Positions 1 to 11,257 of a DNA stretch of 64,000 nt are shown piece after piece (within the stretch, counting starts at the first letter, position 1; each line of letters begins with the position of its first letter). The notes beneath the pieces were generated by a model, which was given only the letters and a program-made list of their open reading frames with translations, was not told where the DNA came from and did not search any database. Origin of the DNA: a virus (taxonomy: Duplodnaviria; Caudoviricetes). Both the position numbers and the translations under genes were made by a program. Where the stretch lies: the IMG/VR virus record IMGVR_UViG_3300031555_002578; one strand, written 5' to 3'.

Positions 1-589
1 TTTCATATCCAAAAACTCTGATTACTTCAACTGCTGTTTCCAGTGCAGAAATTGTTTTGCACATCGGCTCATATCTTTCAAATGTATTAGGCTGTTCCCC
101 TTCAATGATTTCATCAACCATATCAAGCATTTTAGCAATCAGTTCTGCATCCATACCGTTTGTATAGTCTTTTAGACAAGACTTGCCAACTTGTTTAAAT
201 TCGCCTGTAACAATGTTCTGCACAAGATATGTATTTTTTCTTCTGCGTTTTGTATTACAGTGTTCACATACTGTATTTGTGTTATAATATCTTTCTGGTA
301 CTTCAATTCCAGATACACCTCTAAAGATATTGCCATGTTCTGTATGATTGATTTCGCAAACAAACTGCCAATTATTGATTACTGCTTTTCCTTCTGCTTC
401 AACTACAATATAATTCATCGGTACTTTATGTTCTGCCACTGTACCTTTATGGATTGTAGTTTCAATTACTTCTTCACCCACTCTTTCATAGTGAAAGTGT
501 GTCCCATACTTATTGCATTTGTTCTGGATTCTTTTGATTTTCTTTTCCAGTTTTTCAATGTTTCCTTCCAAGATTCTGTATGTTCCCAT
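1..589 (-). CDS. Phage protein with a putative Zn-binding motif; 3' end runs off the window edge (not in the ORF track)
   Basis: Manual translation from ATG 589: MGTYRILEGNIEKLEKK...VCEHCNTKRRRKNTYLV...QVGKSCLKDYT..., open to position 1. AGGAAGG RBS and a promoter lie upstream. Confidence 0.8.
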   Translation of the reverse strand, partial: MGTYRILEGNIEKLEKKIKRIQNKCNKYGTHFHYERVGEEVIETTIHKGTVAEHKVPMNYIVVEAEGKAVINNWQFVCEINHTEHGNIFRGVSGIEVPERYYNTNTVCEHCNTKRRRKNTYLVQNIVTGEFKQVGKSCLKDYTNGMDAELIAKMLDMVDEIIEGEQPNTFERYEPMCKTISALETAVEVIRVFGYE

Positions 590-834
590 AATCTTCTTCC
601 TTCCTGTGTGTTTGTGTGTGTTTTTGGTTTATCTTTACTTCTCTTATAGAATACCACAACTATTACGTTGTGTCAATACTTTTTCGTAAATTTTATAAAG
701 TTTTTTCTTTCCGTTTACTGCCACAAAATAGAATACAGACACCTTGTATTAGCCTGTATTCCGTTTTCTAACAGTATTTCCATTCCTATAATGGTATTCC
801 ATTACCTTCTTATTAAATGCCCTGTAATAGCCTG

Positions 835-1008
835 TCAGACCTTCAAATTAGGACACAAACCTAGTCCACCATCGACTTGTGGTACTCGTCTATAAGCACC
901 CATGTGGATACATTTTTCCCTTTCACAATTAGGACAATAACACTTTTTATATTCTTCGTATGTCATTTTCCAGTTCGTCCGTGTTTCAAATTCTTCCTTA
1001 GTCAACAT
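835..1008 (-). CDS. Small Cys-rich hypothetical protein (57 aa)
   Basis: Manual translation MLTKEEFETR...CYCPNCEREKCIH...GLGLCPNLKV; AAAGGAG RBS upstream. Confidence 0.7.
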   Translation of the reverse strand: MLTKEEFETRTNWKMTYEEYKKCYCPNCEREKCIHMGAYRRVPQVDGGLGLCPNLKV

Positions 1009-1028
1009 AATATCATACTCCTTTCCTG

Positions 1029-4000
1029 TCAGTCGATAATATCACAATAGATATAGTCTGCATCCTTATATCTCATTACAACTGTACTCTTTTCGTCTGT
1101 ATGCACCAGACCAACTACCAGAAAACAGTTTTCCTTAAAATTGTCAAACAAATCTGTAGGAATTTTCACCATATTGTTTTCCACTTCCAGTTCACCTTCT
1201 TCAAAGTAAATGTCTGGAAGTTCATAATGCTCTTTCAGATTTTCCGCAACATCCTGTCTGATAATATCCTTTTCAGTTTCCATAAGCATAGATGCACTAT
1301 GAATAGCATAGTCAAATTCTGCAATGATTCTGATTAATTCAGACTTATCCATACTGTATCCATTGGTCAAAATCCAGTCATAGGCTCTGTTATCTTTTAC
1401 TGCTTCGATAAACTGTTTCATTTTTTCCATAATGATTCCCCTTCCGTTATCTGATTTCCATTCCTACGATTTCCCATTCGTCCTCTGCAACTTCTTTATA
1501 AATAGGACGAATATCATATTTTTTATTTGCATTTATAACTCCAAAACCTGCATTATCAAAAGTTTCCCAAGATTCTGTATAGGATTCTCCGTTCCATCCA
1601 TGTAAACAATACAGTTTTCCGTCAATTTCCCATACTTCAATATCTGGTTTATTCCAAAATCTGCCTACCTTTTTACTCATTGTATCCTTCCTTCCTGTTG
1701 TTTGTTTTGTCTTACTTCTCTTATAGAGTACCACAACTTTTTTACTGTGTCAATACTTTTTTTGTTTCCTTTTAGGATTTTCTGTATCTCTGATTGATAC
1801 AAATTCTAGCACATAATTATGTGCTAGGCTTTCTGTCAATCAAAACTCTCTCAGAATAGTGAATTTTCCATTTGCAAGTTTGATACAAGCAAACACATCT
1901 TCTCCACTCTCCTTGTGTGCTTCACTCATATAAAAATGCAGTTCTCCGTTTGAATACCAATAGTCCTCTACCATTTCTGGATAGATAGATTTTACATAAT
2001 TGATATATTCCTGTTTATTTGCTTTCATATTTTCCACTCCTTACCAAGTATAACTTTCTTCGATTACTTCCAGACTTGCTTTTGTTTCCAGTTCATCAAG
2101 TTCTTTCAGTTCTTCTTCCGTCAGTTCGTATGCACTTTCTTTCTGATATAGATAGTTCAAACGATTATATTCATATCCTGTCAACATTACTGATTCACTT
2201 CCTTTTCCAAAATATACATATCTCCTGTATCTGTATACAATGTCAGTACCATTGTATCATCTTCCATATCCGTTTCCCAACTTGTTACTGTATTCAAGTC
2301 AAGATTATCTTTTGCTGTTTCCATCGGCATAGGCTGTGCCATAGATGCAATAATTGCTATAATCATAAATACTTTCATTATGTTTCTCCTTCCTGTGTGT
2401 GTCTTATCTTCTCTTATAGAATATCACATTTCCGTTCCTCTGTCAACTCCTTTTCGTTGTTTTTGTAAAGTTTTTTCTTTTCCGTTGTACCTCTAATTAG
2501 TAGTACGGAAAACTCCGCACTACCTCAAAAAGCACACATAAGAAAAAAGATTTTTATTAGTCAATATTGAAACAGATTCCACCACCCATAATTTTATGGG
2601 ATACTCCGTTCCAAGTATTGATTTCTACACCTTCATATTCGTCTGGAATATCATCAGACCATCCACTCCAAACCACATCACCTGTTTTAGCAGACCAGAT
2701 TTCTACATACTGGCTATCCATTGCATAATAAATAAAATCGTTAATTGTCATATTGATTCCACCTTCCTTATACCTCTACATCCTCAATATAGTATTCTCT
2801 ATCGTTGCTATCATAATATTCTTTTCCATATCCTCTGAATACTACTCTGCCTGTTGGTATCCATCCGTTCCATCGTTCAATTTCAAACAATGCTTCTTCT
2901 CCGTACTGTAACCAAGTCTGGCAATATTCCTCTGGAGTACCTTCATAATATGTTGTGGAATTATAGTTATATTCACCTTTATCGTTCTGAAATTCAAAAC
3001 TCCATCCACAACATAAACCATCAATTTGTCCTTTATATTCCTTGTCTGGAATATTAAAACCAGCATAACTTTCGCTGTTCTTAATGATTTCGTATGTCAT
3101 ATTCAATTCCCCTTCCTCTGTTATCTGAAAAAATCTCCTTTTGCAAAACTGATTGCACTTGAACAAATCATACCAAAAATGTATGTATACTCATCACTTG
3201 TGATTTCATCCAGTAGCACCATCTGATTCAATTCTACTTCAATATCTCTTGCACTGGAACACCATAAGTACTCTGTTGTTTTTGTGTTCCCATCATTATC
3301 CTTGATTTCACAAAACTTCATGTGCTTTTTTCTCATCAAGTCATAAACTGCCTTGCATTTCCGTTTTCTCATGCTTAATTCCCCTTCCTCTGTGCTTTCC
3401 ATTCTGCATACAGTTCCTTGATTTCCTCTTTTGCATCCATATCAGATACAGGAATATCAAGATATGTTTCATGGAAATTATCTGTTCCAAAACCATAAGA
3501 TTCATAGCCATGTTTTCTAAGATATGATTCAAAATCATCCAGAATTGCATTGTGTTCCTGTTCAGACTTCGCACCAGATACCATAAATTCGTATCCTCTG
3601 GACTTTACAAAAGATACCATTTTATCTTTCTGATAGTCATATCGTTCCTCTTTCAGAACACTATATTTAAGGCTTGTTCTCATGCTTTCCACTTCCTTCC
3701 TTCTCCTATAGGATACCACATTTCCTGTATCCTGTCAACACCTTTTTTGTGTTTATTTTAAGATTTTCCTGTGGTGAATTGCCACAAGGAAAGAATGGAA
3801 AGATTTTCCATTCAAACCTTCTATCAACTCAACTCCACTGTGCATCCTCTGTGTATTCATCATCCAGTTCCACTTCCCAAGCGTTGAGAATAGTTCCATC
3901 ATGCTTCGCCTTGATATTTCCATCCTTCTGCACTTCATAACAGATACATTCCTTTGTATCCTGTGATACGATAGGATAGCAACCATATTCACAAGGGACT

Positions 4001-5093
4001 GCCCTTCCAGACTTGACCCAACTAGGATTCGTTGCATCTGTTCCAAGTTCATTGATTTCCTTATCAAGCATATATACTCTGCGATATCTTCCATCCATCA
4101 GAATATAATTTCCTTCCAAGATTTCCTGTCCGTACTTATCAAAATAATGATACTTACCAGATGTTCTGTCACATTTAATCATACTGATTCCTTCCTTCCT
4201 TTATTCACTTGTAAATGTTCGTTCCATGCTTATATTATAGCAAATGTCCTCTGCTATGTCAAGCACTTTTTATTGTTTTGATTCAGATTTTCCTTTTCCA
4301 TCTGCAATCAAATGGTGGGACACTTAATGTCCCATCAGTTCATTCCAGATTAGAGAACACTTATTCTTTCCGCAACTGCCCAAAATTTTCCGTCAATGTA
4401 TACTATGTTCGTTTTTTTCTCAATTCTGTATACATAACCATATAATTCTGATTCAGCATAGATGCTTCTGCTTGTTTCTTTTATCCATTTAAGATAGTAT
4501 GCAAATTTTCCTGCACCACATTCAATGTTTACATAATCATGTTCCATGTCCATTCCCCTTTCTGTATGTAAGATAGGATATTCCCACCTTTTTAGTGGGA
4601 ACATCCTTCTGCTCTGTTATCTTCTAAACCATCTGCGAAAACCTTTTTTCCATTCCTTCTGTTCATCCTCTGTCAGATGTTCCAGTTCTACCATTTCAGT
4701 GCAGAATGGACTGATTCTCTTTCCGACTTTCATTACCAATACCCAACAGGTTTTTGTTTCTGGATTATCCAGAACAATTACAACCTTCTGTTCTGCTCTA
4801 AGAATAGGACTATTCGCATTTTTATACATTTCCATTACATCCCTATATCCAAAGGAATTATGGATTCCAGTACAACCACCGCTAATATAGAATTTACCAT
4901 CATTCAGATATAGTTTTCCTTCCTTGTGCATTGTCCCATAGGATTCACTTGTAAATTCCACTCTACAAGTATCACCACAAGGATAGAATGTACTTCCTTC
5001 GCTGTATGGTTTGCTCATATCCATCTTTAATACTGGAAACTGTGTGCTGTTCATTGCATAGGCAATGTGGTGTCTGTCTGTTAAATACATCAT
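1029..5093 (-). CDS. Array of small hypothetical early genes: 1029-1430, 1447-1680, 1840-2037, 2041-2187, 2187-2378 (signal-peptide-like), 2557-2751, 2768-3100, 3121-3372, 3375-3683, 3829-4182, 4350-4553, 4617-5093
   Basis: Tightly packed, co-oriented ORFs, most with a GGAAGG/GGAG-type RBS. Starts were adjusted to the RBS-proximal start codon. No recognisable domains. Confidence 0.75.
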
Positions 5094-5241
5094 GTTTCAT
5101 TCCTCTTTTCTGTGTGTGCTGTGTGTTTTTGATTTCCTCTGTATTGTATCACAAAGTTTTCCCTGTGTCAATACAGTTTTTCCTATCTGTTGATAGAAAA
5201 ATCAAAGTCCACAAGTTTCCTCATGGACTTTAGTTCGCCTA

Positions 5242-5595
5242 TCATACAAAGTACATTTCGCCATTGATTTCCATTGCTACTGCATCCTGTTTCAGTCTGT
5301 CCCTCAATTCCTCTGCTTTTTCAATCACTCTGTCGATATTTTTCATCAAGTCTGATTCCTTGCAGTATGCGAATACTGTTGTGGACTTCTCTTTTACCAG
5401 ACCCATTGTAGGACTATTCCAATAGCCTAAAGTCTGAGTAGCAGTAGCACCGCCAAAACATTCGGAAAACAGTGTTGCGACTTCCTCTACATACTGCGTA
5501 TTGTCAATTTCCTCATTGATATTGATTGTCGCAGGAACAATGATTGTTACTTTGCTGTTCAATTTGAAAAGGTTTTCCAGTTTTGCATTTTTCAT
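5242..5595 (-). CDS. Hypothetical protein, DUF3574-like fold suspected
   Basis: FGGAT...GYW...E.TTVFAY...LKQDAVAME pattern; own promoter (5643-5671). Confidence 0.5.
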   Translation of the reverse strand: MKNAKLENLFKLNSKVTIIVPATININEEIDNTQYVEEVATLFSECFGGATATQTLGYWNSPTMGLVKEKSTTVFAYCKESDLMKNIDRVIEKAEELRDRLKQDAVAMEINGEMYFV

Positions 5596-5754
5596 AGTTT
5601 TACTTCCTTCCTTCTGTGTCCTTGTTTTTAGTTTCTATATACATACTATCACAACGAAAATGCTGTGTCAATATGTTTTTTTCAAATTTCCATCGGAAAC
5701 TTGTAAAAGCCTACAAAAACCATCTGCTTTTATAGGCTTTAGCAATCATCCGAT

Positions 5755-6619
5755 TTATTCCCAAAACAGAATACAGTCTTTTTCTGCATCCATCACATCA
5801 TCAGTTCTGATAATGCGTTCTAAATCAGATAAATAGATTTCAAGGAAAGTACCATAATCACTTTCCATTCCTAAGTAAGTGTCATGTTTTTCCTGTAAAT
5901 CATCTGTATATTTAACAGTGTTCCATGCCCTTTTAACTGTGAAATTGAAAAGTCTAGGCAATGGACTAGATTTAGACACTACAAAAAAAGAATATCTTTT
6001 CCCTGTCATTTCATGTGGTACTTCCTCTGTTGTATCATCATCATACATTCCTTCATAATAATCATTATCAACTGGATATGTTTCCCAAAATCCATCATCC
6101 ATACAAATCCCACCAAAACCCTCTGGATAGCGTTCTGTCAAGTCTGGAATATAAGTCATGATTCATTCCCCTTCCTCTGTGCATTTGATTATGTCAACTA
6201 TGATTTACTCTGATAGTAAATCGACAAAAGGGAACAAGCGTTTCCCTGTTCCCCTTTAGCAATTCGCCTATCTGTTATGGTCTGATAATTAAATTTGTAT
6301 AAATTGCATAAAAATCAATATTTTCTGTAACTTCAAAAGTTTCTTTTCCACCATATTCATCGTATGTTACAATATAATTTTTCCCATTTTCATGATAGAT
6401 TACAATTCTGCATCCGTTGAACATTGTCTTGTCAAACATCCAGTTTTTTTCTGGTTCTTTCAGCATTTTTTCTACTGCATTTTCAATAGCAATTCTCCAT
6501 TTTTTCGCTAATTGCCATTCTTTGCGAAATTCATTGATTCTTTTTTCCTCTGCTATATCTTTTTTTGTTTTTTTCTGTCTGCCTAACCAATAAAGTTCAC
6601 TACAAGTTCCCATAATCAT
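5755..6619 (-). CDS. Two hypothetical early proteins (5755-6159, 6275-6619)
   Basis: ORFs with GGAAGGGG RBS, each followed by a long hairpin. Confidence 0.7.
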
Positions 6620-6715
6620 TCCCCTTCCATTTTTTTGTTCATGCTCTGCGGACTTGTGACCGCCATCGGTAGCATTAAAGCGGGACTTTTTGTGTCCCAC
6701 TCCACTCTGCTTTTA

Positions 6716-6994
6716 TTATCCAATATTTCTCCATCCAATATTGTCGCAGTACCAATAATTCCCTTTGTAGTATACCACATCAGATACACTCATGGAATGT
6801 CCTTTGAAGTCATGTGGTCTGTCCAGATTGAATATTTCAAAAATTCCATCAAGACTGATTCCTTCTCTGACTTTTCCTGTCCATTTCAGTTCATAGATTG
6901 AAAAATCAAATCTGTCCTTTACTCTGTCCCAACTGCGGAAAATATGTCCTTCTGTATCCCAATCAATATTAATCTGATAAATTTTAATAATCAT
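6716..6994 (-). CDS. YodL-like domain protein
   Basis: IYQIN...FEIFNLDRPHDFKGHSMSVSDVV...YCDNIGW matches the YodL signature (RPxDFxGHSLSVSDVV). Confidence 0.8.
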   Translation of the reverse strand: MIIKIYQINIDWDTEGHIFRSWDRVKDRFDFSIYELKWTGKVREGISLDGIFEIFNLDRPHDFKGHSMSVSDVVYYKGNYWYCDNIGWRNIG

Positions 6995-7363
6995 TTTTCA
7001 TTCCCCTTCCCATCAGATAGCACAACCCTGTGCATACATAAATTCTCTGTATTCTGCATCTGTATCCAGTTCCGCAGATTTTCCAGATTTTCCCATCAGT
7101 TTCCATAAAATTTTTCTCATTTTGTTTCTTCCTTCCTTCCTTGTCTTGTGCTTTTGGTTTCCTCTGTGTTTAAGAACACAATCGGATAGCAAGGGAACAT
7201 CCGTTCCCTTCCTATCTCTATCTGTTCTCAAAATAACTGCATCAGACTGTCGTATCCCATTAGATGCAAAAATCCAATCGCATAGAAACAACCAACGATT
7301 GCAGTAAATCCAATGAATGTCAAGATATTTTCAACTGCTTTTCTCATACTCTGCAACCCCTTT

Positions 7364-7645
7364 TCAAATATTTTCATATCCAACGTCCATGACTGTATCT
7401 GTGTCACAATCCCACTGCTTTTTATTGATTTCAGAAAATCCAAAAAGGACACGAAAAGCGTTTACATGACGCAATGTTGTAGGACTGTATCCTTCCCAAG
7501 TACGGAAAAAGTGTCCGTCTGCATCAATTACGGCAACTACAGTGCTATAAGACTGTAAAAATGTGCATCCATTATCAAAAAAATAGTGTGCTTTTTTGTA
7601 AAAAGATTTTTGACCTCTGTGTGGTTTCAGTTCAAATTTTTTCAT
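7364..7645 (-). CDS. Hypothetical phage protein
   Basis: ORF with AAGAGG RBS; LQSYSTVVA...YSPTTLRHVNAF motif. Confidence 0.7.
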   Translation of the reverse strand: MKKFELKPHRGQKSFYKKAHYFFDNGCTFLQSYSTVVAVIDADGHFFRTWEGYSPTTLRHVNAFRVLFGFSEINKKQWDCDTDTVMDVGYENI

Positions 7646-7743
7646 AAATCATACCTCTTTTCTGTGTTTTGTGTGCTTTTGGTTTCTAGTGTGAATACAC
7701 CATAAAAGACACGAATTTTTGTTCGTGTCCTTCCTTGCTATAT

Positions 7744-8238
7744 TCAACCTTTGATATACATTCTGGTTTTTGTGTCAACTTTTTCAGACCCATTTTTTTC
7801 TCTGATTTCTTCAAAGTTTTTAGAATAGGACTTGTGTTTTTTCTCTGTGTTTTCAATGCCAGAAAACCAGTACCATTTTTTATATTTTCCGCTAAACTGA
7901 AAACCAGCATTTTTCAGTGTTTCTTTATGTGTGTAAGTGTTACCAGATACCCACACCCAAGACCCACAAATTTCGATATCCAGACCTTCACAGAAAATAA
8001 TTTTTTCCAGAATTTCCACAAACATTTCAGCGGTTTCAGAAGTCTGTTTTTTGCCTTCTGCTTTTGCTTTTGCGTTATCGGATTTTTTCAGCACTTCAAA
8101 CATTGCCTTGTATTCTGTGATAATTTCGCCCATTGTGGCATTATCACCGCCGTTGTCTGGATGGTACTTTTTGCAAAGTTCCTTGTATGCCTTTTTCAGT
8201 TCTTCCAGATTTTTACAGTTTGCAAAATATTTTTTCAT
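7744..8238 (-). CDS. J-domain (DnaJ-like) protein
   Basis: ELKKAYKELCKKYHPDNGG, a J-domain HPD motif; C-terminal GSWVWVSG domain. Confidence 0.85.
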   Translation of the reverse strand: MKKYFANCKNLEELKKAYKELCKKYHPDNGGDNATMGEIITEYKAMFEVLKKSDNAKAKAEGKKQTSETAEMFVEILEKIIFCEGLDIEICGSWVWVSGNTYTHKETLKNAGFQFSGKYKKWYWFSGIENTEKKHKSYSKNFEEIREKNGSEKVDTKTRMYIKG

Positions 8239-8349
8239 AAAATAACCTTCTTTCGTTTTTGTGTGCTTTTTTACCTTCTCAAAATACCGAAAGCCTTGAT
8301 TTTTCGGTACTTTGAGAAAATAAAAGGCGGTTTGTTTACCGCCTTATTT

Positions 8350-8646
8350 TCATTCAATAATTTCAAAATTTGTGATGCAAATATCAGCAAGGTAGCACAT
8401 ACAATTCTCAATATCCAAATAGAATTTTGCGTGTTTTTCGTTGCTATGTTCTACAATGTTTTTTGCAATTTCAAAAATATCATTCGTTGTGATGTTTTCT
8501 TGTTTTGCAAATTTTCTTGCGATTCTGTTATTCCCAAAAAGCAAATTTTCATAATCCGCATTGTTTCCGCTTGTATACAAGTTATACTTGATACAAAAAT
8601 TTCTTAAATCATAAGCGTTGATTCTTCTTGTTTCCTTAATTTTCAT
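8350..8646 (-). CDS. Hypothetical protein; probably the first gene of the minus-strand array
   Basis: ORF with AAGAGG RBS; followed by hairpins at about 8277-8345. Confidence 0.7.
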   Translation of the reverse strand: MKIKETRRINAYDLRNFCIKYNLYTSGNNADYENLLFGNNRIARKFAKQENITTNDIFEIAKNIVEHSNEKHAKFYLDIENCMCYLADICITNFEIIE

Positions 8647-9351
8647 AGTAAAACCTCTTTTCTGTATACTCTTTTTCCCATTGTAAAAACCTTGAATTTT
8701 CCGTATTTTTCAAGGCTTTTTCATAGGAAAAAAGGGGTTTTGCAACCCCTGTATTTTCTATGATAAAATCAGACCAAAATGGATTTTTAAGCATAAATCC
8801 GTAAAACTGCCGACTTACTTTTTCAGTCGCTTTTTTTGCTCTTGCCTGCCTGCCCCTGCCGACACCCTTCAAAGTTACTTTGAAGCCGTCATTCACTCAC
8901 AGCCATTCTACAGGGACAAGTCAACCTGTAGTCGGTACTGATAAGGGATACCATTCCCGTAAGGGACTGCCCCTTACACTTGATATGTTACTACAAGTCA
9001 CAACGAAAAACAAGTACTTTTTAAGGATTTCATTTATGTTTGTGCAAAATTACTTGAAATTCATTGTTTTTATATGTTTTTTGACCGTATTTTATACAAT
9101 TTGCACAAAAACAGACTGAAATATATTTCAGTAAATGAACAAAAAAGTTTTGTATTTCTAAACTTTTTGTTTAATATATTAAAATCAGACCATAAAAAAG
9201 CCAAAAAACGGGAACACTTGTTTGCTTAATGCGAAAAAATATTCGTATAAATTAGCGAAAATTTTACATTGTGTTCGCTTTTGTTCGCCTTTTTTGAGTG
9301 AAAAAATGCTTAAATGAATAAAATTTTATTTATTTATTGAAATATATTTTA

Positions 9352-10927
9352 TTATCATTTTTGAGAATACGAATATATGTTCTTTTTTTGCTGAAAATAC
9401 CTCTTTTGTACTTGTATCACGCACATTTGTCTATGTATGGAAATACACCCTTCTCAGGCGTTTACAGGCGTTTACAGGCGTTTTTCGTATCTATGATAGA
9501 ATAAATCAAGTTATGGTATAAATACGCTTAAATAGGCGTATACGGCTTTATAACGGTATTCTATGCTTTTTTCTGTATTATCTGCGGAAAATAGGCAAGG
9601 CAAGGAAACTGAAAAATAATTCACTCTTTTTTATGTTAGAATGAAATATATTTTAGTATATTACTTGAATAAACAATATTTTATTGATTGAATTATAATT
9701 CAGTCGCAGGTCGTACACTTTAGCGGAATAAAGTAACATATAAAACATATAGGAATTTAATACTTTGCAGTGATAAAGTAACCTACTTTGCAAATAGGAT
9801 TTATTGTATTTTACTTGAGTAAAGTATCCTAGTGTTTTAGTATGTTATACAAATTGCACAAAACATACTACCCTACTATGTTTTTGTTTATTTTGTATAG
9901 AATTTCAAATAAAATTGATATATATAAGGTAAAACTGAAATATTGCACAATTTATCATTTTTGAGAATTTTTTATAGTGCATATTGCATAATAACTTTAC
10001 ACTATTTTTTGTGCATATTGCAATATAGCAACGGAAATTGTGCCTAATTTTAGACTGATTTTTGCCCTATTTTTTGACGCCCCTTTGTACGGCGTTTTCT
10101 AAACTTATTTGATATGTTTATCAATCATATAAAAAAACGCTTAGACGGGCGTATACGGGCTTGTGGGGCGTGTGGTTTACCATAATTTTATATTTTACGG
10201 ATATTCTCATTTTTGAGAAAATAAAGGAAAATACTGTATACATGATAGAATTTTGATGCATCATGTGGTATTTGATACTATGTTATATGATATAATAATA
10301 TGTGATATAGTTTTGAATACTACATATATGCTACTATTCATATTATTTTAATAGGATTATATCATTGTATTCATATTCTAATTATAGGAATTGATAGTAT
10401 AGTTTTCTGATAGGATTTATAATGAATAGTAAAATTGTAGGATATAAAAATAAAGCCTATCGGAATTATAGGCATTGAGAAGTATTCATAGATGCATTGT
10501 AGGAGTTAACTGTGGATAACTTTTATACCCTACTGTATTTATAGGAATACTAGCCTGTGGATAAATTGTGGATAACTTTATTCATAGTAGAATTGTGGGG
10601 AATTATCATTTTTGAGAATAATTTGATTTTCAAATTTATGTCGAAAATCTATCAATTAGCAGAAAATATAAATTTTATCTATAGATTTTTGCCCCTGTTT
10701 TTGTCCTTGTGTTATATACAGATGTGTTTATACAGAGGACACAAAACGGGGTCTGGTATAATCCCCACTATTTTAATAGGATATAATATACCAGAAATCT
10801 AGTGTCCTTGCCACAAAAACAAATGTCCACAGGTTGCACTTTCCCCAGAATTGCAATTACTTTGACACTGTATCACTTTACTTGACTAAAGCATGGGGGT
10901 ACTTTAACATTTTAACGCACTAAAGCG
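9352..10927. repeat. Non-coding region with several families of repeated or palindromic motifs
   Basis: TT(A/C)TCATTTTTGAGAA at 9352, 9952, 10204, 10603; YACTTTR-N6-TAAAGYR-like sites at 9716, 9761, 9807, 10874, 10908; tandem AGGCGTTTAC at about 9456-9482; TTGCACAA/TTGTGCA motifs. Confidence 0.8.
10511..10575. promoter_or_regulatory. Three perfect DnaA boxes
   Basis: TGTGGATAA (reverse complement TTATCCACA) at 10511-10519, 10556-10564 and 10567-10575. Confidence 0.75.
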
Positions 10928-11257
10928 TGTCCCACGGCACACAGAGCAACTCTATCTACACACCAAAGAAATTTTTACCTTAAATTTTTCACCACACGAA
11001 TCTATTCACGATTTACTCCCCTATCCCCTACTCCAAAAATGAAAATTTTATTTCAAAATACTCCCCTACTCTCCATTGGGTTTTCAATTTACTCCCAAAA
11101 ACACCCCTCCCCTATCGTAAATTTAACGATAATATTGTAATATTTTTTATAAAAAAATTCAATTTAATACAAATAAATCCTATTTTAAATCAAAAATGTA
11201 AAAATTTTATCTATTCTATATTTTTTAAATCTGCGTTCCTAAAACCAAAATATCAAC

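Larger units (their letters stand above)
648..5671 (-). promoter_or_regulatory. Seven sigma-A-type early promoters (TTGACA-N17-extended -10)
   Basis: Plus-strand TGTCAA at 671, 1748, 2441, 3733, 4257, 5166 and 5666. Each is exactly 17 nt from a -10 (TATTCT, TACTCT, TATTCT, TATCCT, TATAAT, TACAAT, TAGTAT) preceded by TG-N. Confidence 0.9.

Noticed and set aside
7735-8607. 290-aa plus-strand ORF and other antisense ORFs (e.g. 191-649, 2019-2468, 29992-30498, 41132-41506)
   Set aside because: Phe/Ser-rich shadows of real genes on the opposite strand, with no RBS.
8636-8896. 86-aa minus-strand ORF
   Set aside because: Contains a terminator-like hairpin and dense stems and has a weak RBS; more likely non-coding.
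9000-11250. CRISPR array or Fur boxes in the non-coding region
   Set aside because: No regular repeat-spacer period; the ATTATCA...TGAGAA half-sites are in the opposite arrangement to a Fur 7-1-7 box.
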